A stretch of DNA of 64,000 nt from Sphingobacteriales bacterium (lineage in GTDB: Bacteria; Bacteroidota; Bacteroidia; Sphingobacteriales; Sphingobacteriaceae): positions 28,914 to 92,913 of the forward strand of contig JBBSQW010000011.1 of NCBI GenBank assembly GCA_038243635.1, in the 5' to 3' direction. Position 1 is the stretch's first letter, and each line of letters begins with the position of its first letter. The position numbers and the translations under genes are program-made. Of this stretch, positions 42,042 through 51,176 are shown piece after piece. A model generated the notes under the pieces. That model saw nothing but the letters and a program-made list of their open reading frames with translations. It was not told where the DNA came from and did no database searches.

Positions 42042-44330
42042 TTAAAAATTTAGTTTGTATCCAACAGATATTCTGTGAATATCGATAAAATTATGAGCGG
42101 TGTAATCTGCAAACAACTTTCCGCCTAAAAGGTTGAATGATGTACCTAACACAATGTTAGGGCTAAAAGTGCTTTTACCAACAGCATCGTTATAACCAAG
42201 GCCTAAACCAATGTAAGGGTTCAAAATAACTCCTGCATCATAAGTAAATGGCAGTATTACGTTGGCGTTAATTCCGAAGCCAGTATTTTTACCTGGAACC
42301 AAATAGAAGTCTGGCATGAACTGAAACGGTGTGTTAGTAAATGCATAGTTTCCTCTAATTCCAATTACCATACCCACTCTATCAGCGATAGCGAAACCAG
42401 TAAAAACTGATGTTCCTTGATTTACCACCCATCCAGTTGCAACGCCTTTAATTTTAGCTTCCTCTTTAAGGGTAGTATTACCATCTGCATCTGTAACTAA
42501 CTTAGTTTCTGTAGGCTGTGCAATTTGCGCTGGACCTACAGGCGCTTGTTGTCCTGATGAAATTACTACTGTTTTATCTTGATTCTGGTTTTGAGCATTT
42601 CCACTCAAATTATCAACTCTATCAGTGTTTCTGTCGATTTTTCTGTCTAAATCATTTAACTTGTCAATAATTCTTTGTGAAGCATCTTCTTGACGAGCTG
42701 GAGTTAAATTTTGTTTGTATGATCCTGTGTTAACTTCTAACAACAAACGCTCTAAACGATCCATACGTTGATCAGTAGTTAACGTTTTGCGAGAATCTTC
42801 ATCAACACCCTGAATTACTTTTTCAATTAAGTCTTCAAGTTCTTTTGGTGTCATTTCTACTTTAGACTCTCTATCAGCATTTTTCTCTTTTATAGTAGAG
42901 TTAGATTTAGAACCTCTATCTAATTCGCGTTCTAGGCTTTTCTTTTCCTCAATAACTTCAACCGCTTTTTTAGTATCATTATTTTTGTATGCATCAGAAA
43001 GCTCATCTTCTAATTCATCAATTCTTTTTTGGTAAGCTCGTGTTCTGTTGTCAACATTCTCATCAATCCTGTTTTGTATCATTTTGTCAGGATCACCAGG
43101 TTTTTTTCCAAGTTGTAAACGGATACCAGCAGAGTAAACTGTATGCTTTTTCAATTCATCTGGCGCAACTGTGTTTACTAAATCATCAGCTGCTCTTTCA
43201 GAGGTAAACATCATATTCGCATCTCCAAACAATTCCAAATTTGTACCAAGTGGTACATTTAATCCTAAACCACCTTTTGCAAAGTAGCCTGAAGTAGCAC
43301 CAAATATCCCATCTTTGCCAACATAGCTATCGTAAGCATTTAAGTAACCACCACCCGCAGTAATGTAAGGTACCAACCCGCGGGAAACATTTAATTTTGC
43401 AATGAAGTCACCGCCATACATTGCTAAATTGTCCCAATCAGTAGAAACTTTTTCATCCTTCATAGCTTGAAAATAATAACCTCTCAGGCCAACATACTGA
43501 TTAAAATCAAAACCAACTTTGCCTCCAGCAAAATAAGAATCTGAAAAATTGCTCTCATTATCAAAATTAATAAAAGCACCAGCAGGTTCAAAAATCAACT
43601 TTAAACCACTTAATCCACCAGAATACTTATCTCGATATGCTCTATCAATTGCACTAGACTCTTCTGGAGTACGGCCACCTAGGTAAAGTTGCAAACCAGC
43701 TAAAACAGACCAGTTATACATGCGGGATCTGCTATTGTCGTTCAAAAAGTTTTGAATATCGCTTTGATCTTGGCCGTCTTGGTATATTACCGAAGAAGGG
43801 TTTAGATTAAACACGGTATTTTTAGCTTCTAAATTAAGAAACAAACGCTCTCCCAATTTAATTTGAGTCCCTAAACCCACATTGGCATAAATTTGCTCAG
43901 ATTTTTGTGTGTTTGCTGGACCGTTGATTGCGCTAGCATCAACTTTTAGTTTTTGTATACCAGCCCCTAAGGTAAAGTATGGAACAAAAGTACCGCGTGT
44001 GGGAATGTTTGCTTTAAACTCTCCACCAAAACGCTCAAGATCCACTTTTCTAGAGTTGAAGTTGTTTATGAACTGATCCGAAAAAGTTCCGAATCCTGCT
44101 ACCGTGTTTTTTAAATCTGTTGATTTTTCGTAACTTCCTCTAAGTTCGATTGCTTCGCCAAAACCAAAGCCTATTCTGCCTCCGTAAGTTACACCATCTT
44201 CGATGGCGGTCTTGTTATCAAACCAGTTATAGCCAACGGTAGGTTGTAAAGTTACAGTAACATCTTTTAATTGAGCAAAGGCACTGCTCCCAAGCAAGCC
44301 TAAAGTACAAATAGTAATAATTTTTTTCAT
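42042..44330 (-). CDS. Large outer-membrane beta-barrel protein: two N-terminal barrel-like segments, ~200-aa charged coiled-coil linker, C-terminal barrel ending ...GYKLNF
   Basis: 762 aa; signal peptide; alternating aromatic/Gly beta-strand patterns; highly charged E/K/R/D coiled-coil 430-560; C-terminal Phe typical of OMPs. Confidence 0.6.
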   Translation of the reverse strand: MKKIITICTLGLLGSSAFAQLKDVTVTLQPTVGYNWFDNKTAIEDGVTYGGRIGFGFGEAIELRGSYEKSTDLKNTVAGFGTFSDQFINNFNSRKVDLERFGGEFKANIPTRGTFVPYFTLGAGIQKLKVDASAINGPANTQKSEQIYANVGLGTQIKLGERLFLNLEAKNTVFNLNPSSVIYQDGQDQSDIQNFLNDNSRSRMYNWSVLAGLQLYLGGRTPEESSAIDRAYRDKYSGGLSGLKLIFEPAGAFINFDNESNFSDSYFAGGKVGFDFNQYVGLRGYYFQAMKDEKVSTDWDNLAMYGGDFIAKLNVSRGLVPYITAGGGYLNAYDSYVGKDGIFGATSGYFAKGGLGLNVPLGTNLELFGDANMMFTSERAADDLVNTVAPDELKKHTVYSAGIRLQLGKKPGDPDKMIQNRIDENVDNRTRAYQKRIDELEDELSDAYKNNDTKKAVEVIEEKKSLERELDRGSKSNSTIKEKNADRESKVEMTPKELEDLIEKVIQGVDEDSRKTLTTDQRMDRLERLLLEVNTGSYKQNLTPARQEDASQRIIDKLNDLDRKIDRNTDRVDNLSGNAQNQNQDKTVVISSGQQAPVGPAQIAQPTETKLVTDADGNTTLKEEAKIKGVATGWVVNQGTSVFTGFAIADRVGMVIGIRGNYAFTNTPFQFMPDFYLVPGKNTGFGINANVILPFTYDAGVILNPYIGLGLGYNDAVGKSTFSPNIVLGTSFNLLGGKLFADYTAHNFIDIHRISVGYKLNF

Positions 44331-44600
44331 CTGATATGATTTTTAATAACTAAAACCCCATTAAGTCAAGAATGATGCCAGTAAAAGGGTGTTTTTGGTA
44401 TTTAAATTAAAATGACAAACTAGTTGTTATCAACAGTTACCTGCTTCCGAAAATCATCTTGGTAACGAGAGGGAAATTAGAACGATAAGATTTCTTGAGT
44501 AATACATAATACGTTATAGGAAGGAGGTAGAGTGTGTTATAACAAAAAAATCCTCAGTTTATTAAACCAAGGATTTCAATTAACATATTAAAAATGCTGC

Positions 44601-45659
44601 CTATTGATACTGAATATAAATCGGTTTTGGCGTTAGCTTCAACAATTCTTCAGGAGTCATTAAACGGTGTGGTGCTTTCTTTAAATCGTTTTTGTAAAAA
44701 ATCTTAAATCCTACAAACTGAACTGGCTCTCTGTACAAGTAATGACGGTAAGTCCCTTTTTTCAACTCAGGCTCGCCCCAACCATCCATGTGCATTACCA
44801 TCTGCACTTCTTTTTGCTTTTTAATGTTTTGGTAATTCTTCACCATTCCTTGTGTAAAACGGTGTACCACTAATATTTTAGCAGGTAAATTATTTTCTTT
44901 TACCAATTTAGTCAAGTAACCAGATGCGTAATTGATATCTGCAGCATCATAGTAACCTATCCTTTTACCTGGTTTTTCTCCTGTTTTCATAGAAAACTCA
45001 GGATCGATACCTAAATGTACATTAGGCATCTTTAAATATTTCTCTAAGCGTGGCAATTCTTTTTGTAAAGTACTCAACGCTACCTGCACATCTAAAAAAA
45101 CGATAGCATTGTGCATTTTTGCAATTGCTAAAGCAGAATCTATCTGACTATCTGGCATACGGTTGATATACATATTATCCTTACCAGGCGTTCCACTTGC
45201 TACTGTCGCGATGTAATGTATGGCAGCTATAGATTTAATTACCGTATCTGCTTTATTCCATTTAGCAACTTCCGCATGAAGCATTCTCCACATTTCTTTA
45301 GGTGCGTATTCCCCCAAAGCACCCATTTTTTTAGAATAAAGGTTTCCGTAATAAACGATAACTCTGTTGAAAGGTAATATTGCACCGTTGATTGGCAAAG
45401 GATCAACTTTAACTGGCCATTTGCCGGTAGTATCGCCATTTGCTAAATATTTTTGTAAATCATAATATTTTGCAGAATCAACTGGCGTATTTGTATTTTC
45501 CTTTGCTACGTCTGCAGTGGCTTCAACCTGAGTTGAATCTTTTACTTGCTTTGCATCTGTTTGGGAAGTTTTACCGTCGGTATTTCCAGAGCAAGAGCAA
45601 AACAATGCAGCCGCAAGTACTAATTGAGGCAAAAGGAAATGATTTTTTTGAGCTAACAT
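44601..45659 (-). CDS. Lipoprotein of unknown function
   Basis: 352 aa; lipobox LFCSCSG; no confident family assignment. Confidence 0.55.
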   Translation of the reverse strand: MLAQKNHFLLPQLVLAAALFCSCSGNTDGKTSQTDAKQVKDSTQVEATADVAKENTNTPVDSAKYYDLQKYLANGDTTGKWPVKVDPLPINGAILPFNRVIVYYGNLYSKKMGALGEYAPKEMWRMLHAEVAKWNKADTVIKSIAAIHYIATVASGTPGKDNMYINRMPDSQIDSALAIAKMHNAIVFLDVQVALSTLQKELPRLEKYLKMPNVHLGIDPEFSMKTGEKPGKRIGYYDAADINYASGYLTKLVKENNLPAKILVVHRFTQGMVKNYQNIKKQKEVQMVMHMDGWGEPELKKGTYRHYLYREPVQFVGFKIFYKNDLKKAPHRLMTPEELLKLTPKPIYIQYQ

Positions 45660-45717
45660 TCTAATTAAAATTAAAGCGAAAAATAAGGCAAAGCATTGGT
45701 CTTTTACAAAAAAGATA

Positions 45718-46614
45718 TTAACAATTAAACAAACTAAATTTACCGAAAACGCCTAAGGGTAAGTTAATTCCACTTCGGGCTTTCAGATATAGCTCACCAA
45801 TGTTTAAATTTTCCACTTGTGGGTAAGCACCCCTTATTAAATTCTCCACAATAATGGATGAAAAACCTAAAGAATAAGTGTTTAAAATCAAGAAATGCTC
45901 TTCTGGATCTAGCAATTGCACCACGTCTCGCATCATTTCTCTAATCAAATCCTCAAGTTTCCATTTTTCGCCTTTTGGTCCATGACCGTAAGCTGGCGGA
46001 TCTAATATAATTCCGTTGTATTTTTTACCTCTTTTCAACTCGCGTTGTACGAATTTTAAAGCGTCCTCTACCACCCAGCGAATATCTTTTAAGTTAGATA
46101 CTTCTTGATTTTCATTTGCCCAACTCACCACTTGTTTAATAGAATCAACATGGGTTGTATCCGCACCCGCAGCTTTTGCAATTAAAGACGCACCACCTGT
46201 ATAGGCAAACAAGTTTAATATTTTAGGCTCTGGCGTTTTAAATTTTTTGATGGATGACGAAATAAAATCCCAGTTTACGGCTTGTTCTGGAAAAATCCCC
46301 AAATGCTTAAAGGACGTTAAAGCCAAACGGAATTTAATGGCAACATCATTGTTTTTATATTCGATGTGCCAACGATCTGGTGTTTTGGGATTCTTTTTAA
46401 CCCACTCACCGCTGGTTGCTGATCGTCCCTTAAATTTGATGTGATGCAGTTTTTGCCACTCGCTTTCTGGCAATAGCTTATCCCAAACGGCCTGTGGTTC
46501 TGGTCTAATCAGAATAACATCTCCAAATCGCTCTAATTTTTCAAAATCTCCACAATCTATCAATTCGTAATCTTTCCAATGCTGTGGAGTAAGTGCTTGT
46601 ATATTTGGCTGCAT
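45718..46614 (-). CDS. Class I SAM-dependent RNA methyltransferase (RlmI/RlmK-like)
   Basis: 298 aa; LNLFAYTGGASL (SAM motif I), ILDPPAYG (motif IV), PUA-like N-terminal region. Confidence 0.7.
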   Translation of the reverse strand: MQPNIQALTPQHWKDYELIDCGDFEKLERFGDVILIRPEPQAVWDKLLPESEWQKLHHIKFKGRSATSGEWVKKNPKTPDRWHIEYKNNDVAIKFRLALTSFKHLGIFPEQAVNWDFISSSIKKFKTPEPKILNLFAYTGGASLIAKAAGADTTHVDSIKQVVSWANENQEVSNLKDIRWVVEDALKFVQRELKRGKKYNGIILDPPAYGHGPKGEKWKLEDLIREMMRDVVQLLDPEEHFLILNTYSLGFSSIIVENLIRGAYPQVENLNIGELYLKARSGINLPLGVFGKFSLFNC

Positions 46615-46712
46615 GCGTTATTTAATTTTGAATGAGAGAATTTTGAATGAGTGAATTTTGATTGATAGAATTTTGTTCATTGTCCGTTGACCATTGACCA
46701 TCGACTATTAAC

Positions 46713-47465
46713 TTACTTCTTCTTCAACAATGTTTCCATCAGCTTAGTAGCGAAAACAAACTCGTTCAGTTCCTTATTCTCTGTAGAGGTAATTTCATCT
46801 TTCGAACCTTCCCACCATTTTTCTCCTTGGTGCAAAAATAAGATATGTTCTCCAATTCCCATTACCGAATTCATATCATGAGTTACGATAACGGTAGTAA
46901 TATCATATTCCTCTGTGATTTCTTGCAATAGCTCATCAATCATGATGGAACTTTTTGGGTCAAGGCCCGAGTTAGGTTCATCACAGAAAAGATATTTTGG
47001 ATGCATGGCAATTGCTCTTGCTATGCCTACTCTTTTCATCATTCCACCCGAAAGTTCTGATGGATAAAGCGCATTCTTACCTGCAAGATTTACTCGTTCT
47101 AACACAAAGTTAACCCTATCTAATTTTTCTGATTTGGATTGTTCGGTAAACATATCTAGCGGAAAGCGTATGTTTTTTTCTACAGTCATGGAATCAAACA
47201 AGGCAGAACCTTGAAAAAGCATTCCAATTTCTTTACGGATTTCTATCCGTTCTTGAGTGCTCATTTGTGTAAAGTCTCTACCATCATAAAGCACCTTGCC
47301 TCCGTTTGGCTCATGCAAACCAACCATGTTTTTCATCAGGGTTGTTTTTCCAGAACCAGAACTTCCGATAATCAGCGAAGTTACGCCGGGCTTAAAATCG
47401 GCGGAGATGCCTTTAAGCACTTCATTATCTCCAAAACTTTTGTAAATATCTTTAACCTCAATCAT
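46713..47465 (-). CDS. mlaF: ABC transporter ATP-binding protein, MlaF-like
   Basis: 250 aa; Walker A GSSGSGKTT, signature LSGGMMKR, Walker B LFCDEP; overlaps permease gene by 4 nt. Confidence 0.7.
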   Translation of the reverse strand: MIEVKDIYKSFGDNEVLKGISADFKPGVTSLIIGSSGSGKTTLMKNMVGLHEPNGGKVLYDGRDFTQMSTQERIEIRKEIGMLFQGSALFDSMTVEKNIRFPLDMFTEQSKSEKLDRVNFVLERVNLAGKNALYPSELSGGMMKRVGIARAIAMHPKYLFCDEPNSGLDPKSSIMIDELLQEITEEYDITTVIVTHDMNSVMGIGEHILFLHQGEKWWEGSKDEITSTENKELNEFVFATKLMETLLKKK

Positions 47466-48196
47466 AATAAAAGCTGTGCGATAACGTAATCAGAAATTAA
47501 AATAGCAATACAGCTAACTACCACCGCTTTTGTACTAGAGCGACCAACTTCAAGAGCTCCTCCGCTGGTAAAATATCCTTGGTATGCAGATACCGTGGTA
47601 ATTATAAAAGCAAAAACCAGTGCTTTAACCATTGCTACTACTAGCGTGAACGGGATAAAATCTGTAGTTAAACCTTGAATAAATTCCGCTGCGCTAACTG
47701 CTCCAGAAGCCGTACCCGCTAAATAGCCACCGGTAATACTTAATGCAATTGCAACAATTACTAATAGCGGGATCATAATTACCCCGCCTAATAATTTTGG
47801 TAAAATTAAATAGCCCGGAGCATTTATTCCCATAATTTCTAAAGCGTCAATTTGCTCGGTAACTCGCATGGTTCCAATTTGTGAAGCAATGCTACTACCG
47901 ACTTTACCGGCTAGAACCAGAGAACAGATGGTTGGACTAAGTTCTAATATGGTTGAATCTCGGGTAATGCCACCTATAATAGATTTAGGTATTAAATCGC
48001 TTGTCAACTGAAAAGCGGTTTGCACCGTTGTTACCGCTCCAATAAATATCGAGATGATGCTGATAATTCCTAAAGACCCTAAACCTATATCGACCATTTC
48101 TCTAAAAACCTCGTTTTTATAAATGCTCATTTTCTCTGGCCGTCTAAAAACTGCTCTTAGCATTAAAATATATTTTCCGAAATGATAAAATACCAT
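47462..48196 (-). CDS. mlaE: ABC transporter permease, MlaE-like
   Basis: 244 aa; polytopic membrane protein with MlaE-type conserved region; operonic with MlaF-like ATPase. Confidence 0.7.
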   Translation of the reverse strand: MVFYHFGKYILMLRAVFRRPEKMSIYKNEVFREMVDIGLGSLGIISIISIFIGAVTTVQTAFQLTSDLIPKSIIGGITRDSTILELSPTICSLVLAGKVGSSIASQIGTMRVTEQIDALEIMGINAPGYLILPKLLGGVIMIPLLVIVAIALSITGGYLAGTASGAVSAAEFIQGLTTDFIPFTLVVAMVKALVFAFIITTVSAYQGYFTSGGALEVGRSSTKAVVVSCIAILISDYVIAQLLL

Positions 48197-48253
48197 ATAA
48201 TTAAATTTGTGTAAAAATAAGCTTTTTTATCAATTGCAATTATTAAACCTAAA

Positions 48254-48976
48254 TTGCTTAAAAATCAAAAAATCATGAACATTTTAATTACCGGTGCAAC
48301 AAAGGGAATGGGTAAAGCGGTGGCTTTAGAAATGGCGAAAAATAATCACTCGCTTGCTTTGTGTGCTAGAAATCAAAAGGAACTCGACTCATTAAAAGAA
48401 GAACTTTTGGCAATAAATCCGAAAATTAATTTACTATTAATTCAAACAGATTGTAGCCTAAAAATAGAGGTGGCTACTTTCGCTGATCAAGCAATTGCAC
48501 ATTTTGAAACGATTGATGTTTTGGTAAATAACGTAGGTATGTTTTCCCCTGCTCCAATTCTTGAGGAGGAAGACGACATGCTTGCTATGCACTTTAATGT
48601 AAATGTTCTAGCTCCTTATATTTTATACAAAAAAATAGCTCCATTAATGCTCAAGAAATGTAAAGGGCATATATTTAATGTTTGCTCTATCGCGAGTATA
48701 CAAACAATTGTAAATGCTGGTTCTTACTGTGTAACAAAGGCGGCCTTACTTAGTCTTAACAATATCATGAGAGAAGAAACCAAACCTTTCGGAGTAAAAG
48801 TAACCGCTATTATACCCGGTTCAACGCTTACTTCATCTTGGGATGGTAGCGATGTTTCTCCTGATAAATTTGTACTGCCAGAAGATGTGGCAAAATCAAT
48901 TCATCAAATTATGCAATTGAGCAAAGGTGCAAATGTTGACCAAATAGTAATTACGCCACAAAGTGGGCAGGTTTAG
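48254..48976 (+). CDS. SDR-family oxidoreductase (true start probably MNILITGA at 48275)
   Basis: TGATKGMG Rossmann motif, YxxxK (YCVTK) catalytic motif. Confidence 0.85.
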   Translation: MLKNQKIMNILITGATKGMGKAVALEMAKNNHSLALCARNQKELDSLKEELLAINPKINLLLIQTDCSLKIEVATFADQAIAHFETIDVLVNNVGMFSPAPILEEEDDMLAMHFNVNVLAPYILYKKIAPLMLKKCKGHIFNVCSIASIQTIVNAGSYCVTKAALLSLNNIMREETKPFGVKVTAIIPGSTLTSSWDGSDVSPDKFVLPEDVAKSIHQIMQLSKGANVDQIVITPQSGQV

Positions 48977-48987
48977 AATTTAAAGAG

Positions 48988-49500
48988 ATGGAAAAAAAAT
49001 TAACAAGAGACCCGCAGGATAAAATGATAGCGGGCGTATCTGCGGGGCTTGCAAAATACTTTGAACTTGAAGTTACATGGGTTAGAATTGCTTTTGTATT
49101 CGCTGTTTTTTTTGGTGGTGGCGGATTATTGATGTATATAATCTTGTGGATTGTTGTTCCTGAAGATCGTAAACTTCCATATACTTATACAGATTACAAA
49201 ACGCAAACCGGAGAACCTTTGAGACCCACTAACCAAAGTAAAAACAATAGCAATTTGAGTTTGCTTTTAGGCTTTATACTGGTTGTAATGGGAACTTATT
49301 TTTTAATGGGCGAGTTTGATCTTCTGCCTTACTGGTTTAGTTTAAGAAAATTATGGCCTTTAATTTTCATTGTGTTTGGATTAATCATTTTAGCGAAAGC
49401 TAAAAAACGCAATGAAGCGATAGATGAGCAGCCGACTGATGAAAAACCAATAGAAGATGAATTTAATAACCCAAATCAAAACAGTACTAATCCACATTAA
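48988..49500 (+). CDS. PspC-domain membrane protein
   Basis: 170 aa; DKMIAGVSAGLAKYFELEVTWVRIAFVFAVFFGGGGLLMYIILWIVVP PspC domain, additional TM helices. Confidence 0.8.
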   Translation: MEKKLTRDPQDKMIAGVSAGLAKYFELEVTWVRIAFVFAVFFGGGGLLMYIILWIVVPEDRKLPYTYTDYKTQTGEPLRPTNQSKNNSNLSLLLGFILVVMGTYFLMGEFDLLPYWFSLRKLWPLIFIVFGLIILAKAKKRNEAIDEQPTDEKPIEDEFNNPNQNSTNPH

Positions 49501-49503
49501 AAG

Positions 49504-50457
49504 ATGAGAGCAAGTAAAATTTCCTGGGGTATTGTTTTTATTTTTATCGGTACTGTTTTCTTATTAGAGAACTACGGGATCATTGATTTTAGTTGGAGCT
49601 ACGTCTGGCGTTTTTGGCCACTTATCCTTATTGTTATGGGGATAAATATCATATTCTCTAGGTCAAATTCTAATTCGGGGAAATGGCTAGTTATTGGCAC
49701 CACTGTTTTTGCGTTATGTTTATTGGTTTATGCCAATGTAAATGCACCTAAAACTTTAAACAGACATTGGTCTTATAATTTTAACGATGATTATGATAAC
49801 GACGAAGATGTTGATACCGTAACCTCAGCCGCAGAATCACTTTACCAAGAAGATTACGACGCTAGATTTAAAACAGCAACCTTAAACATTAATGGTGGCG
49901 CTAGTAAGTTTGCTATCGCTAATGGAAACAAAAGCCTTTTTGAATCATCAACCCAAAATGACAACAACCATTACTATTTAAGAAAGACTGATACAGATAG
50001 TACCGTTGTTTTAAATTTTAATTCAAAAAACAAACACAACAGTTTTGATTTTGATGATGCCGATTTAAGCAACGTGAATATGAAAATTCACACCGCTCCG
50101 CTGTGGGACATCAATTTAAATATGGGTGCGGGTAAAGCCGAGTTTGATTTTAGTAATAATCGCGTTAAGCAAATTAACATTAAAGGTGGTGCGGCAGATT
50201 TTAAAGTAAAAGTAGGCGACCTTTACAACGATGTAAACTTATCCGCAGAAACTGGAATTGCAAAAGTTAGCATCCAAATTCCTACAGCTTCTGGTTGTAA
50301 AATCAATATCAAAACAGGTTTATCGACTACAGATTTTCCAGGTTTTAAAAAAGCTGATGACGGAAGTTTTACTTCGTCTAACTACAGTTCGGCTACCAAC
50401 AAAATCATGATTAACTTAAAAGGTGGTTTAAGCGATTTTGAGGTGAAACGTTATTAG
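49504..50457 (+). CDS. DUF4097/DUF2154-like (LiaF-like) membrane protein
   Basis: 317 aa; N-terminal TM helices then beta-rich repeats with GG..DF motifs (NINGGASKF, NIKGGAADFKV, NLKGGLSDFEV); 3 nt after PspC gene. Confidence 0.55.
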   Translation: MRASKISWGIVFIFIGTVFLLENYGIIDFSWSYVWRFWPLILIVMGINIIFSRSNSNSGKWLVIGTTVFALCLLVYANVNAPKTLNRHWSYNFNDDYDNDEDVDTVTSAAESLYQEDYDARFKTATLNINGGASKFAIANGNKSLFESSTQNDNNHYYLRKTDTDSTVVLNFNSKNKHNSFDFDDADLSNVNMKIHTAPLWDINLNMGAGKAEFDFSNNRVKQINIKGGAADFKVKVGDLYNDVNLSAETGIAKVSIQIPTASGCKINIKTGLSTTDFPGFKKADDGSFTSSNYSSATNKIMINLKGGLSDFEVKRY

Positions 50458-50459
50458 AA

Positions 50460-51068
50460 ATGAGCGAAAACCTTTATTATTTAGTTGTGAACGGCAAACC
50501 AACCGGACCTTTTACCATTGAAGAGTTACAAAGTAAAGCGGTAAAACCAGACTCGTTTCTGAAAACAGCAGGAATGGACGATTATAAAGAAGCGCATGAA
50601 ATCGAAGAATTAAGAATTGTTTTAGGCTTCACTCAAATTTTTACCGCTCCACAATATTACGCAGGATTCGATTTGCGTTTGTTAGCAACCGCGATTGACT
50701 GGTTTATCGTTTTCGGAATTTTTGCTTTTTTTGAACTTATCATTGCAATTTTCGTAGCCAACCAAAATGCTACCCAGCAAAATATCGCCAGTGGTTTATT
50801 GCTATTACCATTTCTAAAGCTATTCTATAACATTTATATGGAAAACTATCAGCAAGCCACTATCGGCAAAAAGTTGCTTTCCATTAAAGTGACTAACATG
50901 CATGGATTAGCGCCATCTCTTAAGGAAAACATAACCAGAAATCTTTCTAAAATAATAAGCACCATACCTGTTTTTGCTGGATACTTTTATTTATTCCTAA
51001 ACAAGCAACAGCAAACTTTGCATGATAAACTAGCGGATACCTTGGTGGTTAAAGATAGGTTGCTTTAA
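50460..51068 (+). CDS. RDD-family membrane protein with N-terminal GYF-like (DUF4339) domain
   Basis: 202 aa; YYLVVNGKPTGPFTIEEL N-terminal domain; RLLATAIDWFIVFGIF RDD-type membrane region. Confidence 0.6.
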   Translation: MSENLYYLVVNGKPTGPFTIEELQSKAVKPDSFLKTAGMDDYKEAHEIEELRIVLGFTQIFTAPQYYAGFDLRLLATAIDWFIVFGIFAFFELIIAIFVANQNATQQNIASGLLLLPFLKLFYNIYMENYQQATIGKKLLSIKVTNMHGLAPSLKENITRNLSKIISTIPVFAGYFYLFLNKQQQTLHDKLADTLVVKDRLL

Positions 51069-51176
51069 AAAATTGGCATTTCCTTTCTTCAGGTTCCTAT
51101 TCAAATCGGAATAATAATTGCAATAGCTTTTTAGCGTTTCTCCTCACATTAAACGCATTTTGCAATCCCGAAAAAA

